This document shows, piece after piece, positions 18,346 through 26,636 of a DNA stretch of 45,152 nucleotides. How positions within the stretch are numbered: the stretch's first letter is position 1; every line of letters begins with the position of its first letter. A program made the translations under genes and the position numbers. The notes below the pieces were generated by a model. That model searched no databases. It saw only the letters and a list, made by a program, of their open reading frames with translations, and had not been told where the DNA came from. The stretch is from Candidatus Eiseniibacteriota bacterium (lineage in GTDB: Bacteria; ARS69). Where the stretch lies: positions 1 to 45,152 of the forward strand of contig JBQTGV010000008.1 of NCBI GenBank assembly GCA_052390515.1, written 5' to 3'.

Positions 18346-18374
18346 TTGACACTACTTCCCGCGGTGGGCAGGCT
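18346..18374 (+). promoter_or_regulatory. Putative sigma70 promoter of the DUF6754 operon
   Basis: Perfect TTGACA (18346-18351), 17-nt spacer, CAGGCT (18369-18374). Confidence 0.55.
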
Positions 18375-18430
18375 ACCCCGGCTGGAAACGCCCGACGCGG
18401 CCGCCCGCGTCTCCGGAGGGCAAGGCGTCG

Positions 18431-19648
18431 ATGCTGAACCTCGCGAGCGGTGGCCTCGTCCGGTGCGCGTGGTTCCCCCCGGTGATGCTCGCCTGCGTCG
18501 GGGCGGTCGCCGCGCAGACCGAGACCCCCGTCGTTCCCCCTCCGGCCCCGCCCGACCGGGTCGTGGTCACCGACGTTCCCAACGACGGGGGAACCGCGCT
18601 CCAGATCTCCTGGGAGCCCTCCCCGGACGCCGGGCGCCCCGGAGTCATGGAGGGGTACCGGATCCTCCGCGCCGGCGCGGGGGGTGACCTCGCCGAGGTC
18701 GGCTCGACGGCTCCCGCTGCCACCACGTTCCGCGACACCAGCCTCGATGCCGGAACCTTCGTGTACCGCGTCGTGGCGTTCGGACCCGGCGGGGACGGGG
18801 AATCGGCCGAGTCGGCCGCGGCGAGCCCTCGCGCGAACTGGTTCAACCGATCGCGCGGCAACATCCTCGTCGTCATGCTCCTCGTGTGCACCGCCATCAT
18901 CGTATACATCGAACGCGCCCGCGCAGGGCAGAAGATGTACATCCGCAAGATCGCCGGCATGGATGCGGTCACCGAGGCGGTGGGTCGTGCGACGGAGATG
19001 GGCGCTCCGGTCCTCTACATCTCGGGCATCCAGGACATGGACGACGTGCAGACCGTCGCGGGGATCACCATCCTCGGTTCCATCTCCCGCATGATCGCCG
19101 AGTACGAGACGACTCTGCTGATGCCCACCAGCCGGTCGCTGGTGATGAGCACCGCGCGCGAGACCGTCAAGGAAGCCTACCTGTCCGCCGGCCGGCCCGA
19201 CGCCTACCGCGACGACAGCATCTACTACGTCACCGACGAGCAGTTCGGCTTCGTGGCGCACGTGGACGGACTGATGCTGCGCAAGAGGCCGGCGGCGTGC
19301 TTCTACCTGGGCGCGTTCTTCGCCGAGTCGCTCATCCTGGCCGAGACGGGCAACTCCATCGGCGCCATCCAGGTCGCCGGGACCGCCCAGCCGACCCAGC
19401 TTCCCTTCTTCGTGGCGGCGTGCGACTACACCCTGATCGGCGAGGAGCTGTTCGCGGCCAGCGCGTACCTCTCGCAGGACGAGAAGATGCTGGGCTCGCT
19501 CAAGGGGCAGGACTTCGGCAAGCTCATTGCGATGGTGTTCATCGCGGTGGGCGCCGTCTTCGCCACCCTGGGTTCGGTCACTGATGCGGCTCCGATCGCG
19601 TGGGTGAACGAGCATCTCTACGAGCTCTGGTCGGGAACGAGCGAATGA
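18431..19648 (+). CDS. Fibronectin type III + DUF6754-like membrane protein
   Basis: Signal-like N-terminus, FN3-like domain (D.PNDGG.ALQISW...Y..YRVVA), TM, then IRKIAG.DA..EAVGRATEMG...AESLILAE.G...QLPFFVAACDYTLIGEELFAASAYLS and a terminal TM. Confidence 0.8.
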   Translation: MLNLASGGLVRCAWFPPVMLACVGAVAAQTETPVVPPPAPPDRVVVTDVPNDGGTALQISWEPSPDAGRPGVMEGYRILRAGAGGDLAEVGSTAPAATTFRDTSLDAGTFVYRVVAFGPGGDGESAESAAASPRANWFNRSRGNILVVMLLVCTAIIVYIERARAGQKMYIRKIAGMDAVTEAVGRATEMGAPVLYISGIQDMDDVQTVAGITILGSISRMIAEYETTLLMPTSRSLVMSTARETVKEAYLSAGRPDAYRDDSIYYVTDEQFGFVAHVDGLMLRKRPAACFYLGAFFAESLILAETGNSIGAIQVAGTAQPTQLPFFVAACDYTLIGEELFAASAYLSQDEKMLGSLKGQDFGKLIAMVFIAVGAVFATLGSVTDAAPIAWVNEHLYELWSGTSE

Positions 19649-19661
19649 CGGAGGAGCAGCG

Positions 19662-20360
19662 TTGAAGCGCACCGTTCCCCTCTTCATCACCGGCATCGTC
19701 GGGACGCTCCTCATCATCTCGTACTTCGTGCCGCACCCTCCGTTCGACGAGGTGGAGCGGAAGATCCCCGACTTCTTCAACATCATCGCCGCGTTCGCCT
19801 TCATTCTCGGCGGGGGAAACCTCCTGCGCATCCACCTGACCAGGATCACCTCGCGCGGACACGAGTGGACCTACTCGCTGGTGACGGTGACCGGCTTCGT
19901 GGTGATGCTGCTCGCCGGGCTCCTCAAGATCACCGGCGTGAACGGAGCGTCGGTCGGAATGGAAGGTTCGGTCGACCTCGCCGACTCGCGCCTGGTTTAC
20001 GACTGGCTGTACAAGGCGATCTTCGTGCCCTGCCAGGCGACCATGTTCTCGCTGCTCGCCTTCTTCGTGGCGTCGGCGAGCTACCGCGCGTTCCGGGCGA
20101 AGACTCCCGAAGCCACGTTGCTGCTCATCGCCGCATTCGTGGTCCTGGTGAGGGCCACCCCGGTCGCGAACCTGACCGCGTGGATACCGGCACCCTTCAG
20201 CGACTACTTCCACATTCCCAACCTCTCGGCGTGGATCATGTCCGTGCCGAACCTGGCCGGCCAGCGCACGATCCAGATCGGCATCGCGCTCGGGATCGTC
20301 TCCAACTCCTTGCGGCTGATCCTCGGCGTCGAGCGGTCGCATCTCGGCGGGAGCGACTGA
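19662..20360 (+). CDS. Uncharacterised polytopic membrane protein (DUF6754 cluster partner)
   Basis: GGAGGAG RBS and TTG start; about 5-6 hydrophobic segments; ATMFSLLAFFVASASYRAFRAK and SLRLILGVER. Confidence 0.85.
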   Translation: MKRTVPLFITGIVGTLLIISYFVPHPPFDEVERKIPDFFNIIAAFAFILGGGNLLRIHLTRITSRGHEWTYSLVTVTGFVVMLLAGLLKITGVNGASVGMEGSVDLADSRLVYDWLYKAIFVPCQATMFSLLAFFVASASYRAFRAKTPEATLLLIAAFVVLVRATPVANLTAWIPAPFSDYFHIPNLSAWIMSVPNLAGQRTIQIGIALGIVSNSLRLILGVERSHLGGSD

Positions 20361-20361
20361 C

Positions 20362-21240
20362 GTGGAGAACTTCTTCCGGGCGCTCGGAGCGCTCGACCGC
20401 CGCTGGATCTTCCTCTTCGTGGCCGTGGCGGTGACCGTCCCGCTGCTCTTCGAGCGGCCCGCCCCGGTGCCCCCGAGCCCCATCGTGCGGGACCTGTTCG
20501 ACGCGGTGGACGCCCTCCCCGCGGGATCGCGGGTGCTGCTCTCGCTCGACTACGGGCCGAGCACCGTTCCGGAGAACGATCCGATGGCGCACGCCGTCGC
20601 GCGGCACTGCCTCTCCCGCGACGTCGACCTGTACCTCATGACGATCTGGGCGACGGGACCGCCGCTGGTGGTCCATCTCCTGGACACGGTCATCGCCCGG
20701 GACTTCTCCGACAAGGTCTACGGCGAGGACTACGTGAACCTGGGGTACAAGGTCGGCAACCAGGGCGTCATCCAGGCGCTGACCAGCGACTTCCAGGGGC
20801 AGTTCACCACCGACGCCGGCTGGGGCGAAGGGCATCCTTCGCGGCCGGTGAGCGAGATCCCGATGATGAAGCCGATCCGCACCGTCGCGGACATGGATCT
20901 CGTCGTGGCGATCGGGTCGGGCAGGCCCGGCGTCAAGGAGTGGGTGCAGTTCGCCGGAGATCCGACCGGAGTGAAGGTGGGCGGGGGAGTCACCGCCGTC
21001 GAGGCTCCGCTGCTCTATCCCTACTACCCGAGGCAGCTGCAGGGGTTGATGGGCGGGCTGCTCGGCGCGGCGGAATACGAGGCGCTGCTCGTCGACAACT
21101 ACCCGCACTTCGAGGAAGCGGCGCAGACGGCGCTCATCCGCATGTTCCCGCAGACGGTCGCGCACCTGGTGATCGTGTCCTTCGTCGTCCTCGGGAACAT
21201 CTCCTACTTCGTTCTCCGGCGCGCGGAGCGGAAACGATGA
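20362..21240 (+). CDS. Uncharacterised membrane-anchored protein (DUF6754 cluster partner)
   Basis: N-terminal TM (DRRWIFL...), soluble alpha/beta domain (DYGPS..PE..PM, YGEDYVNLGY, GLMGGLLGAAEYE), C-terminal TM. Confidence 0.85.
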   Translation: MENFFRALGALDRRWIFLFVAVAVTVPLLFERPAPVPPSPIVRDLFDAVDALPAGSRVLLSLDYGPSTVPENDPMAHAVARHCLSRDVDLYLMTIWATGPPLVVHLLDTVIARDFSDKVYGEDYVNLGYKVGNQGVIQALTSDFQGQFTTDAGWGEGHPSRPVSEIPMMKPIRTVADMDLVVAIGSGRPGVKEWVQFAGDPTGVKVGGGVTAVEAPLLYPYYPRQLQGLMGGLLGAAEYEALLVDNYPHFEEAAQTALIRMFPQTVAHLVIVSFVVLGNISYFVLRRAERKR

Positions 21241-21923
21241 GCTTCCTCTCTCCGGACGTGCAGGTGACGATGGGGGCGTTCCTCACGCTCATGATCTTCA
21301 GCTTCCTGTACAAGGACAACCCCGCCTACAAGTTCGCCGAGCACCTCTTCGTCGGGGTTTCCGCCGCATACTGGATGGTGCAGGGCTTCTGGCAGCAGAT
21401 CGTGCCGAACCTCTTCGCCAAGCTCTTCCCGCGCCAGTTCGAGGGCGTGGTCGAGGCGGGGCAGCAGCCCGAGTACATCTACGTGATCCCCCTGCTGCTC
21501 GGGATCATCCTGCTGCTGCGGCTGGTGGCCCCGATCGCGTGGATCTCCCGCTGGGCCATGGCCTTCATCATCGGGTACACCGCGGGGTCGAACCTCACGC
21601 GATTCCTCGTCTCGGACTTCCTGATCCAAGTCCAGAAGACGCTGGAGCTGCCTCTCGTGAATCTGCAGGCCGGCGGCTGGCTGCAGGCGATCATGTACTC
21701 CCTCTCCAACGTGGTGCTGGTCGCCGGAACCATCTGCGGGCTGGTGTACTTCTACTTCTCGAAGGAACACACCGGCGCGTTCGGACGTGCGTCACGCGTC
21801 GGGATCTGGGTCCTGATGGTGGCCTTCGGCGCGAGCTTCGGCTACACGGTGATGGCGCGCATCTCGCTGCTGATCGGGCGGATCGAGTTCCTGCGCGGCT
21901 GGGTGACCGGGCTCTTCTCCTGA
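21237..21923 (+). CDS. Uncharacterised polytopic membrane protein (DUF6754 cluster partner)
   Basis: ATGA overlap with the previous gene; TLMIFSFLYKDNPAYKFAEHLFVG, YFYFS and FGASFGYTVMARISLLIGR; several TMs. Confidence 0.85.
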   Translation: MSFLSPDVQVTMGAFLTLMIFSFLYKDNPAYKFAEHLFVGVSAAYWMVQGFWQQIVPNLFAKLFPRQFEGVVEAGQQPEYIYVIPLLLGIILLLRLVAPIAWISRWAMAFIIGYTAGSNLTRFLVSDFLIQVQKTLELPLVNLQAGGWLQAIMYSLSNVVLVAGTICGLVYFYFSKEHTGAFGRASRVGIWVLMVAFGASFGYTVMARISLLIGRIEFLRGWVTGLFS

Positions 21924-21940
21924 CCCCTACGGTTCCGTTC

Positions 21941-23755
21941 ATGTCCAAGGTCCGGCGGACGTTGCCCGCCCTCGCGTGGCTCGTCTTCGCGCTCCCGCAC
22001 CCGTGTGCGGCCGACGAGCCGACGGTCGAGTGGCGGCCCTGGGGAGGAGCCGCCTTCAAGGAAGCCGGGGAACGCGGCCTGCCCGTGTTCCTGCTGCTCA
22101 CCGCGCCCTGGAACAGGGATCACTTCGTGCTCGTCGAGCGGCTCTTCGCCGATGAACGCGTGGCGGCCGCCCTCGCGCAGCAGGCGGTTCCGGTGCGCGC
22201 GGACGCGTCCCTGCACCCCGAGCTGCGTTCGCTCTATTCGATCAGCAGCGGGCTCCTTCCGTCGTTCCACTTCCTGGACGCGAAGGGCGAGGTGCTCGCT
22301 TCCCTTCCGCCGCTGGAGCGGGACGAGCTGCTCCACTTCCTGGGGCAGATGGCGGACTCGCCGCCGCGGCTCGCACCAGGGAAGCCGGAGGCGGGGGAGA
22401 CCTGGGAGATGAACCCGCGCAAGCTCGCCAACCGCATCGCGCGGAACCTCCTCGACGGATTCGACGCGGGCGCGCGGGATCCCGGCGAGCGACACCGGGA
22501 CCTCGATCCGTCCGCGATCGCCTTCCTCGTGGAGTACACCGGCGCGTACGCGCAGCGGCGCGAGATGCTGCCGGAGCTGGACCACGAGATCCGCGCGCTG
22601 CTGGCCGGCCCCTACCACGACCGCGTGGACGGCGGCTTTCACCGGGCGCTCGCCGACCCGCTCGCCGGCGTGGTGCACCACGAGAAGCTGCTCCGTCCCA
22701 ACGCGGAACTCGGCGCGGCGCTCGCGTCGCGGTACCGCATGTCCGGGACCGAGGAGCTGGGCGCGGCCGCGGCGGGAACACTGGCGATGCTGAACGCCGC
22801 CCTGACGCCGGGCGAGCCGGGGCTGTGCTCCGGATCCCTGGGCGCGGACGTGTACGGCGCTGCGGGCGAGGTGAGCGTGCACGGCGCGAGGTACTACTCG
22901 ATGAACGAGCCCACGCGCCGGCAGCACCCGCGCCCGCCGGCGTCGGCCGACGTCCCGGTCGGCGCGAACTTCGTCGCGCAGGAGTCCCTGCTCATGTACC
23001 TGCGCGTGTTCCGCAGCGCGGAGATCGCCGCGGCGATGAGGCGGGGAGGGGAGGCGCTCCTGGCGAGGGGCTTCGAAGCGGACGGGGCCGCGCGACGCGC
23101 GCTCGATCTCGCCGGCGCAGGCAACCTCCGCGATCAAGCCGACGCCGGCTCAGGACTCCTCGCCTATCACGCCGTGACCGGAGATCCTCGGGCGCTGGCG
23201 GCGGCGGGGGGAATCGCGCGGGAGCTGAAGCGCCATTTCTGGGACGGGGAACGCCGCGCGTTCCGCAGCGTGTCGCGCGCGTCGGACCTGCCGGAGCGCA
23301 TCCGCGACGCTCCGCCGGATCCTGCCTGGAACGGCATCGCGCTCCGCTTCCTCGTCGAGTGGGCGGCGGTCGGCGGAGAGGAGCCCGCGCGCGATGTGGC
23401 CCGCGCTTCCCTGGACGCCTGGGCGGGCCGCATGCCCGTCGAACCGCGCGGCACCGGCGAGCTCGGTCGCGCCGCGCTTCGCGCCGAACGCCCGCTTCCC
23501 GTGCTGGTTCTCGTGGCCGATCCGGCGTCGCCGGAGGGCGAAACCCTCCGCGACCTCGCGCTTCGCCTCTTCGACCCGCTGCTCCTGGTTCGCTGGATCG
23601 ACCCGGCGACGCCCGGCGACGCCCGCGCGTTCGGTCTGGATCCTTCGGAGGAGCCCGCCGCGTACCTCGTGTGGGACGGGCCTTCCGGTCCGATCCGTGA
23701 CGGCGACGCGCTCCGCGAAGTGTTCGACCGGGTGCGGCGGCGCCTCCGGCGCTGA
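21941..23755 (+). CDS. DUF255/thioredoxin-like + six-hairpin (YyaL/SSP411-like) protein, degenerate
   Basis: VEWRPWGGAAF.EA....PVFL, D.VDGGFHR...HHEKLL, DQA and HFWD motifs; signal-peptide-like N-terminus; lacks CxxC. Confidence 0.72.
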   Translation: MSKVRRTLPALAWLVFALPHPCAADEPTVEWRPWGGAAFKEAGERGLPVFLLLTAPWNRDHFVLVERLFADERVAAALAQQAVPVRADASLHPELRSLYSISSGLLPSFHFLDAKGEVLASLPPLERDELLHFLGQMADSPPRLAPGKPEAGETWEMNPRKLANRIARNLLDGFDAGARDPGERHRDLDPSAIAFLVEYTGAYAQRREMLPELDHEIRALLAGPYHDRVDGGFHRALADPLAGVVHHEKLLRPNAELGAALASRYRMSGTEELGAAAAGTLAMLNAALTPGEPGLCSGSLGADVYGAAGEVSVHGARYYSMNEPTRRQHPRPPASADVPVGANFVAQESLLMYLRVFRSAEIAAAMRRGGEALLARGFEADGAARRALDLAGAGNLRDQADAGSGLLAYHAVTGDPRALAAAGGIARELKRHFWDGERRAFRSVSRASDLPERIRDAPPDPAWNGIALRFLVEWAAVGGEEPARDVARASLDAWAGRMPVEPRGTGELGRAALRAERPLPVLVLVADPASPEGETLRDLALRLFDPLLLVRWIDPATPGDARAFGLDPSEEPAAYLVWDGPSGPIRDGDALREVFDRVRRRLRR

Positions 23756-23859
23756 CCATCGCGGGTGCCGACCGCCGATCATCAAGGACGGCGCCTCCGT
23801 TGCCGAGGAACCACTCGGCCCTTCCACGGTTGAAGGGCTCACCTTAGGATGCGGTGATC

Positions 23860-24186
23860 ATGTCTCGTACTCTCTCCTGCGTCGTCTTCGCCTGGGCCGT
23901 GGCCGCCCCGCTGCTGTGCTCGGGCGGCGTCCTCCAGCACGCTTGTCCGGAAGAGACGCCGTCCACGTGCGGCCACGAGGAAGACTGCGAGGCCGATCCG
24001 TGCCTGGACGCCAGCGCCCCCGGCGGCGCTTCCGGCGCGCGCGCGCCGATCGTGCTCGCCCTCGCCGGCGGGTCCTTCCCGGTCTCGCCGCTTCCCCCCG
24101 CACCGTCGGTGAGTCCCGCCGGATACGCGGGCGGCGCTCCCCCTCCCGAATCGTTCCGCTCCGGCACGCGCCCGCTCCTCCTCTGA
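23860..24186 (+). CDS. Small Cys/His-rich exported protein upstream of czcCBA (CzcI-like position)
   Basis: Hydrophobic N-terminus, LCSGGVLQHAC...CGHEEDCEADPC, Pro-rich tail; TAGGAT -10-like element at 23845-23850. Confidence 0.6.
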   Translation: MSRTLSCVVFAWAVAAPLLCSGGVLQHACPEETPSTCGHEEDCEADPCLDASAPGGASGARAPIVLALAGGSFPVSPLPPAPSVSPAGYAGGAPPPESFRSGTRPLLL

Positions 24187-24358
24187 TCGCCTGAGCGCGT
24201 GCTGATCCGGCACGCGACCTGACTCCACCGAAACCGCGCTTCGCCGGACGGTCGAACGCCGACTCCGGCCGGAGGCGCCGACTCTGCTCGAGCTTTCCCG
24301 GGAGGCCTGTCGTGGGCGAACGTACACTTCCTGCAACTCCTGGCCACGGAGTGCGGCG

Positions 24359-25645
24359 ATGAGCCGCGCGGCCGTCGCCGTCGCCGTGGTGATCCTCGCG
24401 CCGGCAGCCGGTGCCCGCGCGCAGGACGCGAACGCACCGGCAGAGCCCACCGCCGCGTTGAGCCTCGCCGACGCGGTCGCGTTGGCCGTCGCCTACAGCC
24501 CGGAGCTGCGGGCGTACGCCTCGGAGATCCGAGCCGCGGACGCGCGCGCGCTGCAGGCCGGAGCGCGTCCGAACCCCGAGCTGTCGCTCTCGGTCGAAAA
24601 CATCTCCGGGACGCTACCGGGGAGCGCGGCCGCGGAGGTCACGCTGTCCCTCGGACAGCTGCTCGAGCTCGGAGGGGATCGCGGAGCCCGCGTCGGGGCG
24701 GCGGCGGCAGAGAGATCGGTCGCGGAACGGGATCTCGAGGCGCGACGAGCGGCCGTCCTCGCCGAGGTCGTCGTGCGCTACCTGACGGCGCTCGCGGCGG
24801 ACGAGCTCGCCGCGCTCGCGGCCGAGGCGCGAGAGACCGCCGAGGAGATCGCGGAATCGGTCGGGAACCGTGTGCGGGCCGGCGCGTCGTCCCGGGCCGA
24901 GCTGACCCGCGCGGAGGTGGAGGTCGCCCGCGCCCGGCTCGAGAAGAGCCTCGCCGAGCAGGACCAAGCGATGTCGCGCGCTCTCCTCGCCAGCTGCTGG
25001 GGCGAGTCGTCGGCGCGCTTCCCCGCGCTGAGCGGCGCTCTCGATCGTTCGATGGCGGTCCCGGAGCTCGAGTCCCTCCTCGAACGCGCAGAGGCCAGCC
25101 CCGAGGTTACGCGCTGGGATCTCGAGGTCCTGGCCGGCCGGCAGCGTCTCGGCGTGGCGCGCGCGGCGCGCGTCCCCGACCTGGAGATCGGTGGTGGCGT
25201 GCGGCGGCTCGCCGAGTCCGACGACTACACGCTCGTGGCCGGACTCACCGCGCCGCTTCCGCTCTTCGACCGCAACCGGGGAGGCATCCGGGAGGCGGAG
25301 GCTTCCGTGGAGCGGGCCGGAGCGAGCCGCGAACAGGCCCGTGCCGCGCGTCGCCTCGAGATCATCGGGGCGCACGGACGCATCACGCGGAGCCGGCTGG
25401 AGCTCGCCGCCCTTCGCGAGGCCGTGCTCCCCGGCGCCGAGCGCGCCCTCGACGAGATCGAGGGCGGCTACCGAGAGGGGCGATTCGGCTCGCTCGATCT
25501 GCTCGACGCCCGCAGGACATTGACCGCGGTCCGCCGCGACGAGATCGAGACCTTGCTGGACCTCCACCTGACCGCCACAGAGATCGAGCGGCTCGTCGGC
25601 GGACCCTTGATCCCCGCCGGCCGACCGGAGCGAGGAAGCCCCTGA
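24359..25645 (+). CDS. czcC: TolC-family outer membrane factor of a heavy-metal RND efflux system
   Basis: PNPEL, QLLELGG, PLPLFDRNRG and GYREG...LDLLDARR motifs; first of the C-B-A genes. Confidence 0.88.
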   Translation: MSRAAVAVAVVILAPAAGARAQDANAPAEPTAALSLADAVALAVAYSPELRAYASEIRAADARALQAGARPNPELSLSVENISGTLPGSAAAEVTLSLGQLLELGGDRGARVGAAAAERSVAERDLEARRAAVLAEVVVRYLTALAADELAALAAEARETAEEIAESVGNRVRAGASSRAELTRAEVEVARARLEKSLAEQDQAMSRALLASCWGESSARFPALSGALDRSMAVPELESLLERAEASPEVTRWDLEVLAGRQRLGVARAARVPDLEIGGGVRRLAESDDYTLVAGLTAPLPLFDRNRGGIREAEASVERAGASREQARAARRLEIIGAHGRITRSRLELAALREAVLPGAERALDEIEGGYREGRFGSLDLLDARRTLTAVRRDEIETLLDLHLTATEIERLVGGPLIPAGRPERGSP

Positions 25646-26628
25646 TGCGATCGATGACGAGAGTGTCCCCCTACCCGTTCCTGGCGGCGCTGCTGCTCCT
25701 CGGCGGCTGCACGGACCGGAGCGCGGACGAGCCGGAGCACGGACACGGAGGCCACGATCACGAGGAGCACGGCGAGGAAGCGCACGCTCACGCAGACGAC
25801 GAGGACGGCCACGAGGCGGTCCGCCTGACGCCGGAGGCCATCCAGGCGTCGGGCATCGTGATGCAGGCGGCGGGCCCCCGCGACATCGAGATCACGCGGA
25901 GCCTTCCGGGAGAGGTCGTCGCCAATTCCGACCGCCTCGCGCACATCGTGCCGCGCTTTCCCGGCATCACCAAGCAGGTGCTCAAGGGGCTGGGGGACCA
26001 GGTCCGGGAAGGCGAGCCGCTCGCCGTCATCGAGAGCAACGAGAGCCTGTCGGCCTACGAGGTGAAGTCGCTCATCTCCGGCACGATCATCGAGAAGCAC
26101 ATTACGCTCGGCGAGTTCGTCCGCGATGACGCCGACATCTTCGTCGTGGCGGACCTCTCCACGGTGTGGATCAACGTCACGGTCTACGCGCGGGACATCG
26201 CCATCGTGCGTCCCGGCCTCGTCGCGCACGTGACCGCGGTCGGCGGCGCTCCCAGCGCGACCGGAACCATCGACTACGCCGGGCCGGTCCTCGGCGAGGC
26301 GACCCGCGCGGCCACGGCACGCCTCGTGCTGTCCAACCCCGAACGGGAGTGGCGGCCGGGCATGTTCGTCACCGCGCGTCTCGTCACCGACCGGGCTCGC
26401 GCCCGGGTGGTGGTGCACGACGGCGCGCTGCAACGCTTCGAGGGGCGGGACTGCGTGTTCATCCAGGAGGGCGGTGCGTTCGAACCGAGGCCGGTCCGCC
26501 TCGGGCTGAGCGACGGCGGTTGGACCGAGATCCTGGACGGCCTGGAGGCGGGCGAGCGCTACGTCGCGGAGGGGAGCTTCATCGTGAAGTCCGAGTTCCT
26601 GAAGTCCGAAGCGAGCCACGCTCACTAG
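25645..26628 (+). CDS. czcB: RND periplasmic adaptor (lipoprotein, His-rich N-terminus)
   Basis: Lipobox LGGC; HGHGGHDHEEH tract; ADLSTVW, WRPGMFV and GLEAGERYV motifs. Confidence 0.9.
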   Translation: MRSMTRVSPYPFLAALLLLGGCTDRSADEPEHGHGGHDHEEHGEEAHAHADDEDGHEAVRLTPEAIQASGIVMQAAGPRDIEITRSLPGEVVANSDRLAHIVPRFPGITKQVLKGLGDQVREGEPLAVIESNESLSAYEVKSLISGTIIEKHITLGEFVRDDADIFVVADLSTVWINVTVYARDIAIVRPGLVAHVTAVGGAPSATGTIDYAGPVLGEATRAATARLVLSNPEREWRPGMFVTARLVTDRARARVVVHDGALQRFEGRDCVFIQEGGAFEPRPVRLGLSDGGWTEILDGLEAGERYVAEGSFIVKSEFLKSEASHAH

Positions 26629-26636
26629 GAGGCAAG

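Noticed and set aside
24187-24358. Possible NiCo or other metal riboswitch before czcC
   Set aside because: I could not build the four-way junction or find the conserved residues by eye. An Rfam scan would be needed.
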